A stretch of 25,001 nucleotides of DNA from a virus (Duplodnaviria; Caudoviricetes), in IMG/VR virus record IMGVR_UViG_3300033067_000011, positions 1 to 25,001 of that record. The stretch is one strand, 5' to 3'. Below the pieces are notes generated by a model. The model was not told the origin of the DNA and did not search any database. It saw only the letters and a program-made list of their open reading frames with translations. Both the position numbers and the translations under genes were made by a program. Shown here piece after piece: positions 16,460-25,001 of the stretch. Numbering within the stretch: position 1 is the stretch's first letter; each line of letters opens with the position of its first letter.

Positions 16460-17808
16460 TGGCAGATTCCTATCAACAGTCTCTGTTAGCCGGTATCCAC
16501 GGAGGTGATCCTAGGTTAGCACATCTGGCACAATATGGAGACAATGCTAACTTCTATGGAGGTGCTCTAGGAAACTCTCTGTTCCAGAATCGTATTAATG
16601 GATACACTGCTCCTGTTGATCTTAGTGTACTGAGTTCACATCCGGGTTCTGAGATTCTTTCTGAGTTCAGGAACTGGGCAAATTCTTCTGGGCAGAATGC
16701 AGATCAGATGTACAATACCTATCTGCAAGATATGCCCGGAACTATTGATCCGAATAAAAATTACTTAACCTATAACATGAGTAATGGTTTTATTCCGGCT
16801 ACTCAGGGAGGAACTCTACACGAACTTGCTTCTGGATACTCTGCTAACTTTGCAGGTAAAGAACAGATTCGTGAAGGTGAACTAGACAATGCAATGAATC
16901 GTATCTCTGATCTTCTTGGACCAAATGCTTCTAAAGCTGACTGGTCTAAGTTGATTGGATATGATCCTAACATTGGTCTATATACTGACAGAGGAGCTAT
17001 TCAGCACGTCAACGATGCTGGGATGGATGTAGTTCAACAGCGCATTGTTCCTGTTATGCAAGCAGTAACTGCTGCAATGACTGGTAACGCCATCGGCAAT
17101 TATGTAGGTACATTAGGAAGTACTGGATCAGCAGCAGCCGGAGCAGGAGAAGCATCTACAGCCACAGCAGGATCATCTTCTAGTGGCTTAGGAGCATCTG
17201 TTGCAAAGGGTGTTGGTACTAATGCAATGTCTACTTTATTAAAAGGCGGTACGGTAGCCGCAGCAACGAAAGCAGGAGGAGGTATGGCAAATCAAAGTTA
17301 CGGCTCCACAATGGGTGGTACAGTCTATGATCCGTTTGAAAGTTATAGGCATTACTTTGGGGATCGTCTGTCTGGAATGGCTTCTGGTAAAGAGGATTTC
17401 TCTGGTGATCCCTCGTATCAGTTCCGATTTAACCAAGGACAGCAAGCAGTAGAACGCTCTATGGCTGCTCGTGGTATGCTAGGTTCTGGTAATGAACTGA
17501 TGGAACTTCAGAAGTATGGTCAGGACATGGCCTCCCAAGAATGGGGGAATGAGTTTAACCGACTGGCAACTCTGTCTGGTGCAAACTCGTTGATGGGTTC
17601 TGGTCTAGGTCAACTTAACATGCAACGCCAAATGAATACAATGCAGGGTGTTGGAGGTTTGCTAGGTTCAATCTTTGGTGGTTCTAGTTCTGGAAGTATG
17701 CTTGGTGGTGTAGGAAGTTCTGGAATGGGTTGGCTGTCTGATATGATGGATTCTGGTGGATCGATGAGTGGCTTTGGCGACTGGATCGTTTCTATGTTTG
17801 GTGCATAA
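16459..17808 (+). CDS. DNA ejection/pilot protein (P22 gp7-like C-terminal half)
   Basis: DPSYQFRFNQGQQAVERSMAARGMLGSGNELMELQKYGQDMASQEW...NRLATLSG; G/S/A/M-rich hydrophobic segments. Confidence 0.7.
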   Translation: MADSYQQSLLAGIHGGDPRLAHLAQYGDNANFYGGALGNSLFQNRINGYTAPVDLSVLSSHPGSEILSEFRNWANSSGQNADQMYNTYLQDMPGTIDPNKNYLTYNMSNGFIPATQGGTLHELASGYSANFAGKEQIREGELDNAMNRISDLLGPNASKADWSKLIGYDPNIGLYTDRGAIQHVNDAGMDVVQQRIVPVMQAVTAAMTGNAIGNYVGTLGSTGSAAAGAGEASTATAGSSSSGLGASVAKGVGTNAMSTLLKGGTVAAATKAGGGMANQSYGSTMGGTVYDPFESYRHYFGDRLSGMASGKEDFSGDPSYQFRFNQGQQAVERSMAARGMLGSGNELMELQKYGQDMASQEWGNEFNRLATLSGANSLMGSGLGQLNMQRQMNTMQGVGGLLGSIFGGSSSGSMLGGVGSSGMGWLSDMMDSGGSMSGFGDWIVSMFGA

Positions 17809-17817
17809 GGAGGCTGT

Positions 17818-18807
17818 ATGGCAATGCTACTAGGTAGTTTGATGGAAGGCTACCAACAAGCCTCTCAATTGATGCAGCAACGAGAGAATCAACGTCTGGA
17901 AAATCAAATGACCCAGATGAAGATTCAAGACATGCAGATGAAGCAGCAGCAACAGCAGAAGATTGGACAAGCTCTTCAACAGCTATACCAAGACTCAAGT
18001 TCTCCTGTAGGACAAGATAAACAGTCCATTGAAGACTTGTTTAAACAGGATGTACAGGAGCGTATTAAAGAAGCTGAGATTTATCGTAAGTATGGAGATG
18101 TAGACCATGCTCATAAGATCATGCAAGATGTTAAGGGAGATATTCTAAATCGTGTACGAGAAACTCGGATGTCTTCTGATGACACTACACAGGTTCTGTA
18201 TGGAGTAAAAGACCCAGAATCGTATCAGACTGCTATTGCTACCTTGGCTGAGAAGTATCCTGATAAACTGGATAAGTTTGTTAATGCTGCTAGACAACAA
18301 GGAATTGATCCTTCTACCTATAGTAGAGGTGCTCATGCTCTGATGAAACAGTTCTTCCAGTCTGAGAAGTCCCAAGCAGGACAGGCTAAACTTCAAGAAA
18401 CTACCATGTATCACCAGCAAGAAGAAGATCGCAAACGTCAAGAAGCTAAGGATCGAAGAGAAGCTCGTATTCAGAGTCTTCAACTTCGTGCTGCAGAACG
18501 TCAAGATCGCATTGAAGCTCGGGCAGAACGTAAAGCTGAACGGGAAGAGAAAAAAGCTAAGGACTCTGACAAGGCCAAAACTACAGCCGGTCTACAAGCA
18601 CTCCGAGCTGAACAGTCTGTGATCCAAGCTCAGATCAAAAATCTAACAGACAATCCTAAGATTGCTGGAGATAAACAAAAAGCAAGGGCAAAGATGACAG
18701 AGCTTCAAGAGCGTCTTGGAGATATTCAACTTGCAATTAAGTCTGGACAAGTAACAGCACAACCAAAAGCAAATCTTCCGGCAGGATGGTCAGTAAAAAT
18801 TAAATAG
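17818..18807 (+). CDS. Putative DNA ejection protein (gp20-like position)
   Basis: TAAGGAGG RBS; Q-rich helical/coiled-coil protein; second of three ejection-position genes; ends LPAGWSVKIK. Confidence 0.6.
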   Translation: MAMLLGSLMEGYQQASQLMQQRENQRLENQMTQMKIQDMQMKQQQQQKIGQALQQLYQDSSSPVGQDKQSIEDLFKQDVQERIKEAEIYRKYGDVDHAHKIMQDVKGDILNRVRETRMSSDDTTQVLYGVKDPESYQTAIATLAEKYPDKLDKFVNAARQQGIDPSTYSRGAHALMKQFFQSEKSQAGQAKLQETTMYHQQEEDRKRQEAKDRREARIQSLQLRAAERQDRIEARAERKAEREEKKAKDSDKAKTTAGLQALRAEQSVIQAQIKNLTDNPKIAGDKQKARAKMTELQERLGDIQLAIKSGQVTAQPKANLPAGWSVKIK

Positions 18808-18815
18808 GATAGGAA

Positions 18816-21800
18816 ATGCCAACATTTGAATTCAATTCCCCAGACGGTAAAACATACCAGATTGATGGGCCAGAAGGAGCTACAGCAGATCAGGCCTTTC
18901 AAATTCTACAACAGCAAATTGGTTCTAGTGGTGGTGTTTCTCCTAAACAAAAACAAGCTCCTGTAGAAGAACCTAAAACTACTGTTGCAGGACTTGGTAA
19001 GCAGGCTCTTGCTGGTGTTGTAGAAGGTGGTGCTGCTCTTGGACATACTCTTGGTATGGCTGGTGCTGGAGTAGCCAAACTCTCTGGTGCCAAACAAGAA
19101 ACTCTTGATAAGTATTTCAAGAAGTTAGATGAGTGGAAGAAAGAAGTTCCGCAAGCTACAAAAGAATTTCTTGGTATTACTGGTAAAGATGAGACCTTTG
19201 CTGGAGAGTTGGTCAAGGGAGCGGCAGCAGGATTTACTAAACTAGGTTCTGGTGTGGCTGGTATGGCTACTACGGATGCAGTAGAAACTGCTACAGGTCT
19301 TGTAGGACAGGGACAGTCTCTGAAACGTTCCTATACATCTGGCGCTGTGGCTGGTGTACTCTCTGCTGCTTCTGCTTATCTTCCTGTTGTTGGTAAGACT
19401 GTTCCTAAGTCTGCTCTCATTGGGGCTGGTGGTAATGTTGCTGCTGGATACGTAACTGATTCTTTGCTACAACAGATTAATAAAAATAATCCAGAAATTG
19501 CAAAACAGTTTGATCCTAATGATTTGAAAAAGATTGTTGGTAATGCTGTTGTTGGCGGTGTGTTTGGTACTGTTGCTGGAGCCAAAGCACGGCAAACTAA
19601 ACTTCATGATGCCAAAGAAATTGAAGCTATCAAGAAAGATTTAGATGCTAAGAAGGCAGCAGAAGATGCTCAGTATACTGGAGGGAAGGATTACAAACAT
19701 CAAGACGAACTTCCTTTCTCCAGTTCTATTGAAGAAGCTGCCAAACACAAAGCAGAGAAATCTCCACAACTAGACTTGTTTAATGAACCTCCTCCGAAAC
19801 TACCAGAAACACTAACTCCAGAACAGGAGATAGAAGCTGCTTGGAAATCAAAAGAGACCTCTAAAAATGTAAAAGAGGACTATGAAAAAGCATTACAGCA
19901 AAAGAAAGAACAAGACATCCAAAAGGCCAAGGAAGCCAAAGAGGATGCTCTATATGCTCTACAAGATAAACTCATGTCTACTTCCGGTAGAAATAAGTCT
20001 ATGATGGGTGGTGTGGGTCGTAAACAGGGTGGAGCAGTTGATCCGAATGCTTGGGGTATGAAAGAATCTCCTAAAGAGAAATACGTAAATAGTCTTGTAA
20101 AGAGACATGGAGAGGATTACCGGGCTGCTGCAGAAGTTATGTGGGAACGTAGGCAGGGCAAATCTGCTGACATGAGAATACCAATTCAAGAAGAAGAGCA
20201 AAAGAACATTCCCGATCCTGCTAAGTTTTCTGATGAACTCTTTAAACTTAAAAACAACCGTGTAGTAGATACTACAGAAGCACGTAAGTATAATGAATCT
20301 TTAGATGCCATAGGTGTTACTAAAGAAGATCGTGCTGCTATGTGGGATAAAGAAAAACTCACAGGTAAACAGAAGGAAGTCTACGACAAGTATGTAAAAC
20401 CAGTACACGAAGAATATACTAACCTTGTTAAGAAAGCACTTGAGATTTCTAAACGAGCTAATATAGAATTCGATCCTGAGTTTCTTCCTCGCTTTGCTCT
20501 TAACAAGAAAGGTATTATAGATCGTCTTGTTGCTGGGTATAGAGGATTCTCTCCGGGTATTGGTGGTGTTCCATCTGGCCTGAAGAGTCGTTCTGTATTT
20601 GTATTAGAACATCCTGATGGTACTCGTATGGTAGTAAAACAGAATCCTAATGGTTCTGTTACTGCTTTCCATAATGGTTCTACAAAAACTCTTCCTAAAG
20701 CAGATAAGTTTAAAGCCGGTAATAAGTATGGTGATTACACAATCCAACAAGCATCTAAAGCTGAAGTAGAAGCACAGACAGATACTAAGTACTTTAGTGA
20801 TCTTCCATCTACTCTGTTAATTAAAAAGGCAGAGATGGCTGACTATGTTCGACAACTTGAATTTATGGATAACTTAACCAAGTCTCCTATCTTTAATGAA
20901 CATATTGCTACAGACGCTAAATCAGCTCCAGAAGAATGGAGAAGCATTGATCCTAGGGTTTCTAATCTATATCCTCGTTTTAAGGATATGAAGTTTAATC
21001 CTAGATATGCAGAGATGTTAGAAGCTCACATCCACGAGGGATTCAATACTCCTCAAGTAGCTAAAGACATGACTAACTTCTTGATGAAGTCTATTATGTT
21101 GTCTCCTGTTCCACACATTCATAATGAGGGTGTTCACTGGTTTACAGATCGTGGATTGGTAGCAGGTTGGATGTTGCCACAGGGATATACAAGTCTGTTA
21201 AAGACTTTCCCGAAAGCATATGAATCTGTCAAGAACCAAGATGCAGTACAACTGGCTCTTCAACGATCTGGTATGACTGCTATGTTTCCGGGAGTTAAGA
21301 ATGAGAACTACTGGAATAAACTAGTACAAAATGAACTAGATACTGCAGTTAAGAGTGGTGGTATTAAGAAGATTGCAGAAGCAATTGGGATGCCTGCTGT
21401 TAATGTGTATAATGCTATCTCTAGATTCTCACAGGAGAAGATGTGGTTTGTACGGGATGTATTAGCAACACAACTAACCATGGAACGTATGGAAAGATAC
21501 GGTATGGCACCAGAAGCTGCAATCAAATCTGTACAGAAGCACATGCCATCATATCGTCTTCCCACTCGTTTAGGTGAAAACATCTTTAACAAAGTAATGT
21601 CTGAACAGAAGGCAGGAGAGCTTGCTCACGGTGTTTCTAAACTTGCTGCTACCCAACCAGTAGCTATGTTTAGTCGATACCACTATGGTCGTATTATGTC
21701 TGTTGCTGGAGCATTAAAGGATATGGTCTCTGCTAAAGGATTTGAACAGAAACATGCTGCCGACTCTTTGGCTGCAATGTTGTTCACTTACTTTGTAGCT

Positions 21801-22307
21801 CTTCCTATGATTGCTGATCCTATTATGCAGGCAGTGTCTGGATCAGAAGATGCTAAGATGCGCAGAGCAGGTCCTATCCATGACATAGAAGCTGCTGGTA
21901 AGATTGCTCATGGTGAAGAGGGTGCTATTGGTAACTACATGATGTCTCTAATGACACCGGGTCCAATGATGACTATTCCATATGCTCTCTGGAAACAGAA
22001 AGATATGAATACTGGTAAACCAATCATTGATGAAGCTCGTTGGGCTGATGCAGAAGATGCGGATGAGTATGCAGAAGCTCTTGGACAAACTGCTTCAGAT
22101 GAGTTATCCTACTTTGCTAAATCTCTGTTCTCACCAACCAGAGCTGTTACTGGATATGGAGTCGAAGGTGAAGAACCACTTCAAGAGTACTTGTATAGTC
22201 AATTGATGGATACCAGTCTTCGTAAGGAAGAATCTGAAGAGAAACAACATAAGTACACTGAAAGAGTGGCTAAGAAACTTCGTAGGAAAGATGCTAAAAA
22301 GGACTAG
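18816..22307 (+). CDS. Large internal virion/DNA ejection protein
   Basis: 1163 aa; N-terminal MPTFEFNSPDGKTYQIDGPEGAT motif, A/G-rich membrane-active region, helical C-terminus with a hydrophobic segment. Confidence 0.65.
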   Translation: MPTFEFNSPDGKTYQIDGPEGATADQAFQILQQQIGSSGGVSPKQKQAPVEEPKTTVAGLGKQALAGVVEGGAALGHTLGMAGAGVAKLSGAKQETLDKYFKKLDEWKKEVPQATKEFLGITGKDETFAGELVKGAAAGFTKLGSGVAGMATTDAVETATGLVGQGQSLKRSYTSGAVAGVLSAASAYLPVVGKTVPKSALIGAGGNVAAGYVTDSLLQQINKNNPEIAKQFDPNDLKKIVGNAVVGGVFGTVAGAKARQTKLHDAKEIEAIKKDLDAKKAAEDAQYTGGKDYKHQDELPFSSSIEEAAKHKAEKSPQLDLFNEPPPKLPETLTPEQEIEAAWKSKETSKNVKEDYEKALQQKKEQDIQKAKEAKEDALYALQDKLMSTSGRNKSMMGGVGRKQGGAVDPNAWGMKESPKEKYVNSLVKRHGEDYRAAAEVMWERRQGKSADMRIPIQEEEQKNIPDPAKFSDELFKLKNNRVVDTTEARKYNESLDAIGVTKEDRAAMWDKEKLTGKQKEVYDKYVKPVHEEYTNLVKKALEISKRANIEFDPEFLPRFALNKKGIIDRLVAGYRGFSPGIGGVPSGLKSRSVFVLEHPDGTRMVVKQNPNGSVTAFHNGSTKTLPKADKFKAGNKYGDYTIQQASKAEVEAQTDTKYFSDLPSTLLIKKAEMADYVRQLEFMDNLTKSPIFNEHIATDAKSAPEEWRSIDPRVSNLYPRFKDMKFNPRYAEMLEAHIHEGFNTPQVAKDMTNFLMKSIMLSPVPHIHNEGVHWFTDRGLVAGWMLPQGYTSLLKTFPKAYESVKNQDAVQLALQRSGMTAMFPGVKNENYWNKLVQNELDTAVKSGGIKKIAEAIGMPAVNVYNAISRFSQEKMWFVRDVLATQLTMERMERYGMAPEAAIKSVQKHMPSYRLPTRLGENIFNKVMSEQKAGELAHGVSKLAATQPVAMFSRYHYGRIMSVAGALKDMVSAKGFEQKHAADSLAAMLFTYFVALPMIADPIMQAVSGSEDAKMRRAGPIHDIEAAGKIAHGEEGAIGNYMMSLMTPGPMMTIPYALWKQKDMNTGKPIIDEARWADAEDADEYAEALGQTASDELSYFAKSLFSPTRAVTGYGVEGEEPLQEYLYSQLMDTSLRKEESEEKQHKYTERVAKKLRRKDAKKD

Positions 22308-22315
22308 GATAGGAA

Positions 22316-23653
22316 ATGAAGATTCTGATTATTGATGTTGGTGGAGCAGCACTAGACTGGGCACTTCGGTGTCAAGACTTTGGACATGAGATCAAATGGT
22401 ATATTGACCATACCAAGACAGAGAAGAAGTATAACTGGATTGGGACTGGGTTAGTACCTAGAGTACGTGACTGGAAACAGCACATGGACTGGGCTGATCT
22501 CATCTTTCTAACAGATAATGTTAAGCATCTGGATGATCTTGCATATTACTTTAATCGTGGGTATCCTATCTTTGGACCTACCTACGAAGCAGCAGAACTA
22601 GAACTAGATCGTCAGAAAGGAGTAGAAGCCTTTGAGTCTGTAGGGATTAAGACTATTCCGGGGAAAGAGTTTAAGAGTTACTCTGCAGCTATCAGTTATG
22701 TAAAACAGAATCCTGAGAAACGTTTCGTATCTAAACCTAATGGAGATGCTGACAAAGCTCTTAGCTATGTATCTAAGAACTCTGCAGACATGATCTTCAT
22801 GCTTGAGAAGTGGTCTAAATCAAACTCACTCAAAGGCTCTTTCATCATCCAAGAATTTATTCCGGGGATGGAAATGGCAGTAGGGGGTTGGTTTGGACCA
22901 CACGGCTTCAATAAATATGTCCTAGAGAACTGGGAGTTTAAGAAGCTAATGAATGATGATAAGGGGGTAGCTACTGGCGAACAGGGAACTATCATGCGAT
23001 ATGTCACTGAGTCTCAGTTGGCAGATGAAGTTCTTTATCCACTAGAGCCTATTCTCCATAAGATGGGGTATGTTGGTTATGTAGATGTGAACTGTATGAT
23101 TGCTAAAGATGGTACTCCGTATCCTCTAGAGTTTACTAATCGTCCGGGCTGGCCCCTGTTTAACATTCAACAAGCACTTCATCTTGGTGATCCTGCTCAG
23201 TGGATGCTAGACCTAATCAATGGTAAAGATACTCTCAAAGTAAAAGAGAAGATTGCTTGTGGTGTAGTTATGTCACAACCTGACTACCCATACTGCCATC
23301 TTCCTATTACAGAAGTATCTGGTATTCCTATTTATGGTGTAGATGATTCTACTAAAGATCATCTTCATCCATGTGAAATTATGGCCGGTGAAGCTCCCTG
23401 TCTTGAGGATGGTAAGATTGTAAATAAGAAGATGTGGGTAACTTCTGGTAGTTATATCATTGTATGTTCTGGAGTAGGAAACACTGTAGAAGAGGCAAGA
23501 GATGCTTCTTACAAGATTGTAGATAAAATTTCTTTCCCTAATAGTCCTATGTACAGAACTGATATTGGCTGTCGTCTTGAGAAACAACTTCCTAAACTAC
23601 AGGCTATGGGATACTGTGAAGGGATGTGTTATGAAGAGGAAGAAGACGAATGA
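22316..23653 (+). CDS. PurD (phosphoribosylamine-glycine ligase, GARS)-like ATP-grasp ligase, divergent
   Basis: MKILII N-terminus, IFGP...AAELE, FVSKPNG, IIQEFIPGMEM, KKL..DDKGVATGEQG, GYVGYV, LEFTNRPGWP and YRTDIG are collinear with the PurD motif series. Confidence 0.85.
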   Translation: MKILIIDVGGAALDWALRCQDFGHEIKWYIDHTKTEKKYNWIGTGLVPRVRDWKQHMDWADLIFLTDNVKHLDDLAYYFNRGYPIFGPTYEAAELELDRQKGVEAFESVGIKTIPGKEFKSYSAAISYVKQNPEKRFVSKPNGDADKALSYVSKNSADMIFMLEKWSKSNSLKGSFIIQEFIPGMEMAVGGWFGPHGFNKYVLENWEFKKLMNDDKGVATGEQGTIMRYVTESQLADEVLYPLEPILHKMGYVGYVDVNCMIAKDGTPYPLEFTNRPGWPLFNIQQALHLGDPAQWMLDLINGKDTLKVKEKIACGVVMSQPDYPYCHLPITEVSGIPIYGVDDSTKDHLHPCEIMAGEAPCLEDGKIVNKKMWVTSGSYIIVCSGVGNTVEEARDASYKIVDKISFPNSPMYRTDIGCRLEKQLPKLQAMGYCEGMCYEEEEDE

Positions 23654-24030
23654 TTATTCCTCCTCCGAGACATAACTCAGACTTTACTAGTAATGAGTGG
23701 CAAGACTGGTTCTTTAGAGTACAGAATGTAATTCAAACTGCTACGTTCTCTCAGGTTCCTGCTACAGGATTTACAGTGACATGTCCTAGTGGTATTAGGC
23801 AGTATAACATACTACTAAATCCTGCTGGTGCTTTAGCCACTGGGACTATTGTATTTCCTACTTCGAGTATAGATGGAGATTCTGTTCTAATAGTATCTAC
23901 TCAAACAGTTACAACAATAACTAATACCCTTCCTACAGGTATTACTATGTCAGGAGCAGTTACTTCGTTGACTGCAAACGTAGGAGTTCGTTATATTTTT
24001 TCTGGTACTAATTGGTATCGGGTACAATAA
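23650..24030 (+). CDS. Putative virion protein (tail needle/fibre-like)
   Basis: ATGA overlap with ligase; PPP...EWQDWFFRV N-terminus; LNPAGALATGTIVFP...DGD...WYRV beta domain. Confidence 0.55.
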   Translation: MIIPPPRHNSDFTSNEWQDWFFRVQNVIQTATFSQVPATGFTVTCPSGIRQYNILLNPAGALATGTIVFPTSSIDGDSVLIVSTQTVTTITNTLPTGITMSGAVTSLTANVGVRYIFSGTNWYRVQ

Positions 24031-24039
24031 GGAGAAGAC

Positions 24040-24414
24040 ATGGATACAGTAATGATTAGGTCTGGTAAGGTAGTTTCTCTTCTGGGAAAACCTATTACCA
24101 ACTCTGCTGGTACTATTACTGGCTACAATGGAGTGACATCTACTACTACAGGAGATGCTCATTATAAGGATAGTCCGTACAGTACATTTCAAGCTACTGT
24201 TACTGGAACTGGTGCAGTGACTGCTACTGTAGTGATTGATTGTTCTAATGATGGTACTAACTGGTGTGCTACTGCATTAGGGACTATTACTCTGTCAGGC
24301 ACTACAACTACAAGTGATGGCTTTACTACTACTGCCCCTTGGAAGTTTATTCGTGCTCGTGTTACTGCTGTTACAGGTACTGGAGCTACGGTAGTGAGTT
24401 TGATGGGGGTGTAA
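24040..24414 (+). CDS. Thr-rich small beta-sandwich virion protein
   Basis: TAAGGAG RBS; VVIDCSNDGTNW...ITL...WKFIRARVT motif. Confidence 0.6.
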   Translation: MDTVMIRSGKVVSLLGKPITNSAGTITGYNGVTSTTTGDAHYKDSPYSTFQATVTGTGAVTATVVIDCSNDGTNWCATALGTITLSGTTTTSDGFTTTAPWKFIRARVTAVTGTGATVVSLMGV

Positions 24415-24415
24415 C

Positions 24416-24652
24416 TTGGACCAAGAGATTCAACAAGAGATTGTCTGTCTCCTAAGAGAACTTAAACAGTCTCCACAACCACTCCTGTCAGAAGAAGAAG
24501 TTGAATGGGTACGGGCAGCTATTAAACGAGAAGCTAAGAAAGATAAACTATATGATGCAGTGATTGAGAAGTCTCTGGGAGGTTTAGTTTGGGCTTTCTT
24601 GGTAGCTCTTGGTAGTGCTATTCTAATGTATGTAAAGGACCATCTTAAATGA
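24416..24652 (+). CDS. Small membrane protein, possible holin/antiholin
   Basis: TTG start with GGGGGT upstream; charged N-terminus and one C-terminal TM segment (LGGLVWAFLVALGSAILMYV). Confidence 0.5.
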   Translation: MDQEIQQEIVCLLRELKQSPQPLLSEEEVEWVRAAIKREAKKDKLYDAVIEKSLGGLVWAFLVALGSAILMYVKDHLK

Positions 24653-25001
24653 GTGATGTAACTTCCGATTCAATCTATGGGACACTTAAATGTGCATTCC
24701 CATTTGTCACAGGAGTAACTACTGTTCCTCCATATGCTACTTTGCCCGCAGCTACAATCTATAAGTACTCAGATAGTGCAGTAACTCTTGCAGCACAACT
24801 TACTGCAGGAACTAGTGCATCTATTACAGTAGAACAGTCTAATGATCTAGTAACTTGGTCTCCTGTAGCTACCATTACTTTAGATACTCTGAATCAGATT
24901 GTGTATTCTGGTAAGATGATCCTGACACAGAACTACTTACGATTTACACCAACAGCAATGTCTGCAACTGCAGTTTATGAAATTTATGGTTCGGGAGATT
25001 A
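24649..25001 (+). CDS. Small beta-sandwich protein resembling 24040..24414 (runs to window edge; not in ORF track)
   Basis: ATGA overlap and AAGGA RBS; open for 117 codons MSDVTSDSIYG...ITVEQSNDLVTWSPVATITL...NYLRFTPT...IYGSGD, then TA at window end (possibly the stop). Confidence 0.7.
   Translation, partial: MSDVTSDSIYGTLKCAFPFVTGVTTVPPYATLPAATIYKYSDSAVTLAAQLTAGTSASITVEQSNDLVTWSPVATITLDTLNQIVYSGKMILTQNYLRFTPTAMSATAVYEIYGSGD

Noticed and set aside
22316-23653. Annotating the ATP-grasp gene as bona fide purD (purine auxiliary metabolic gene)
   Set aside because: Substrate-binding motifs diverge from canonical PurD and the context is structural, so no gene symbol was assigned.
1-25001. Stop-codon reassignment, introns/inteins, tRNAs, CRISPR arrays, DGR template/variable repeats
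   Set aside because: All three stops terminate genes at sensible boundaries; TerL, portal and capsid are uninterrupted; no cloverleaf, repeat-spacer array, reverse transcriptase or adenine-variable repeat pair was seen by eye.

Overview
The window is the packaging and virion-morphogenesis arm of a tailed dsDNA phage with podovirus-like (P22-type portal/adaptor/nozzle/ejection) architecture. All convincing genes are on the + strand and tightly packed. An AT-rich control region with divergent sigma70-consensus promoters is followed by an HTH-HNH endonuclease, terminase small subunit, small HNH, terminase large subunit, portal, small protein, GroES-like co-chaperonin, scaffold, decoration protein and major capsid protein with a strong terminator. 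Next come small basic/Zn-finger proteins, tail fibre/LamG/spike genes, gp4-like adaptor, gp10-like nozzle and three ejection proteins. The window ends with a divergent PurD(GARS)-like ATP-grasp ligase, small beta-rich virion proteins and a membrane protein. Three ORFs missing from the ORF track were read directly (8641..8751, 14186..14323, 24649..>25001). The most notable items are the PurD-like ligase with altered active-site motifs inside the virion operon, a perfect three-way-junction RNA structure abutting an RBS, promoter-containing 25-bp direct repeats flanking the endonuclease, and a probable internal start in the gp7-like gene. Product calls rest on motif recognition and synteny only; no database searches were run.
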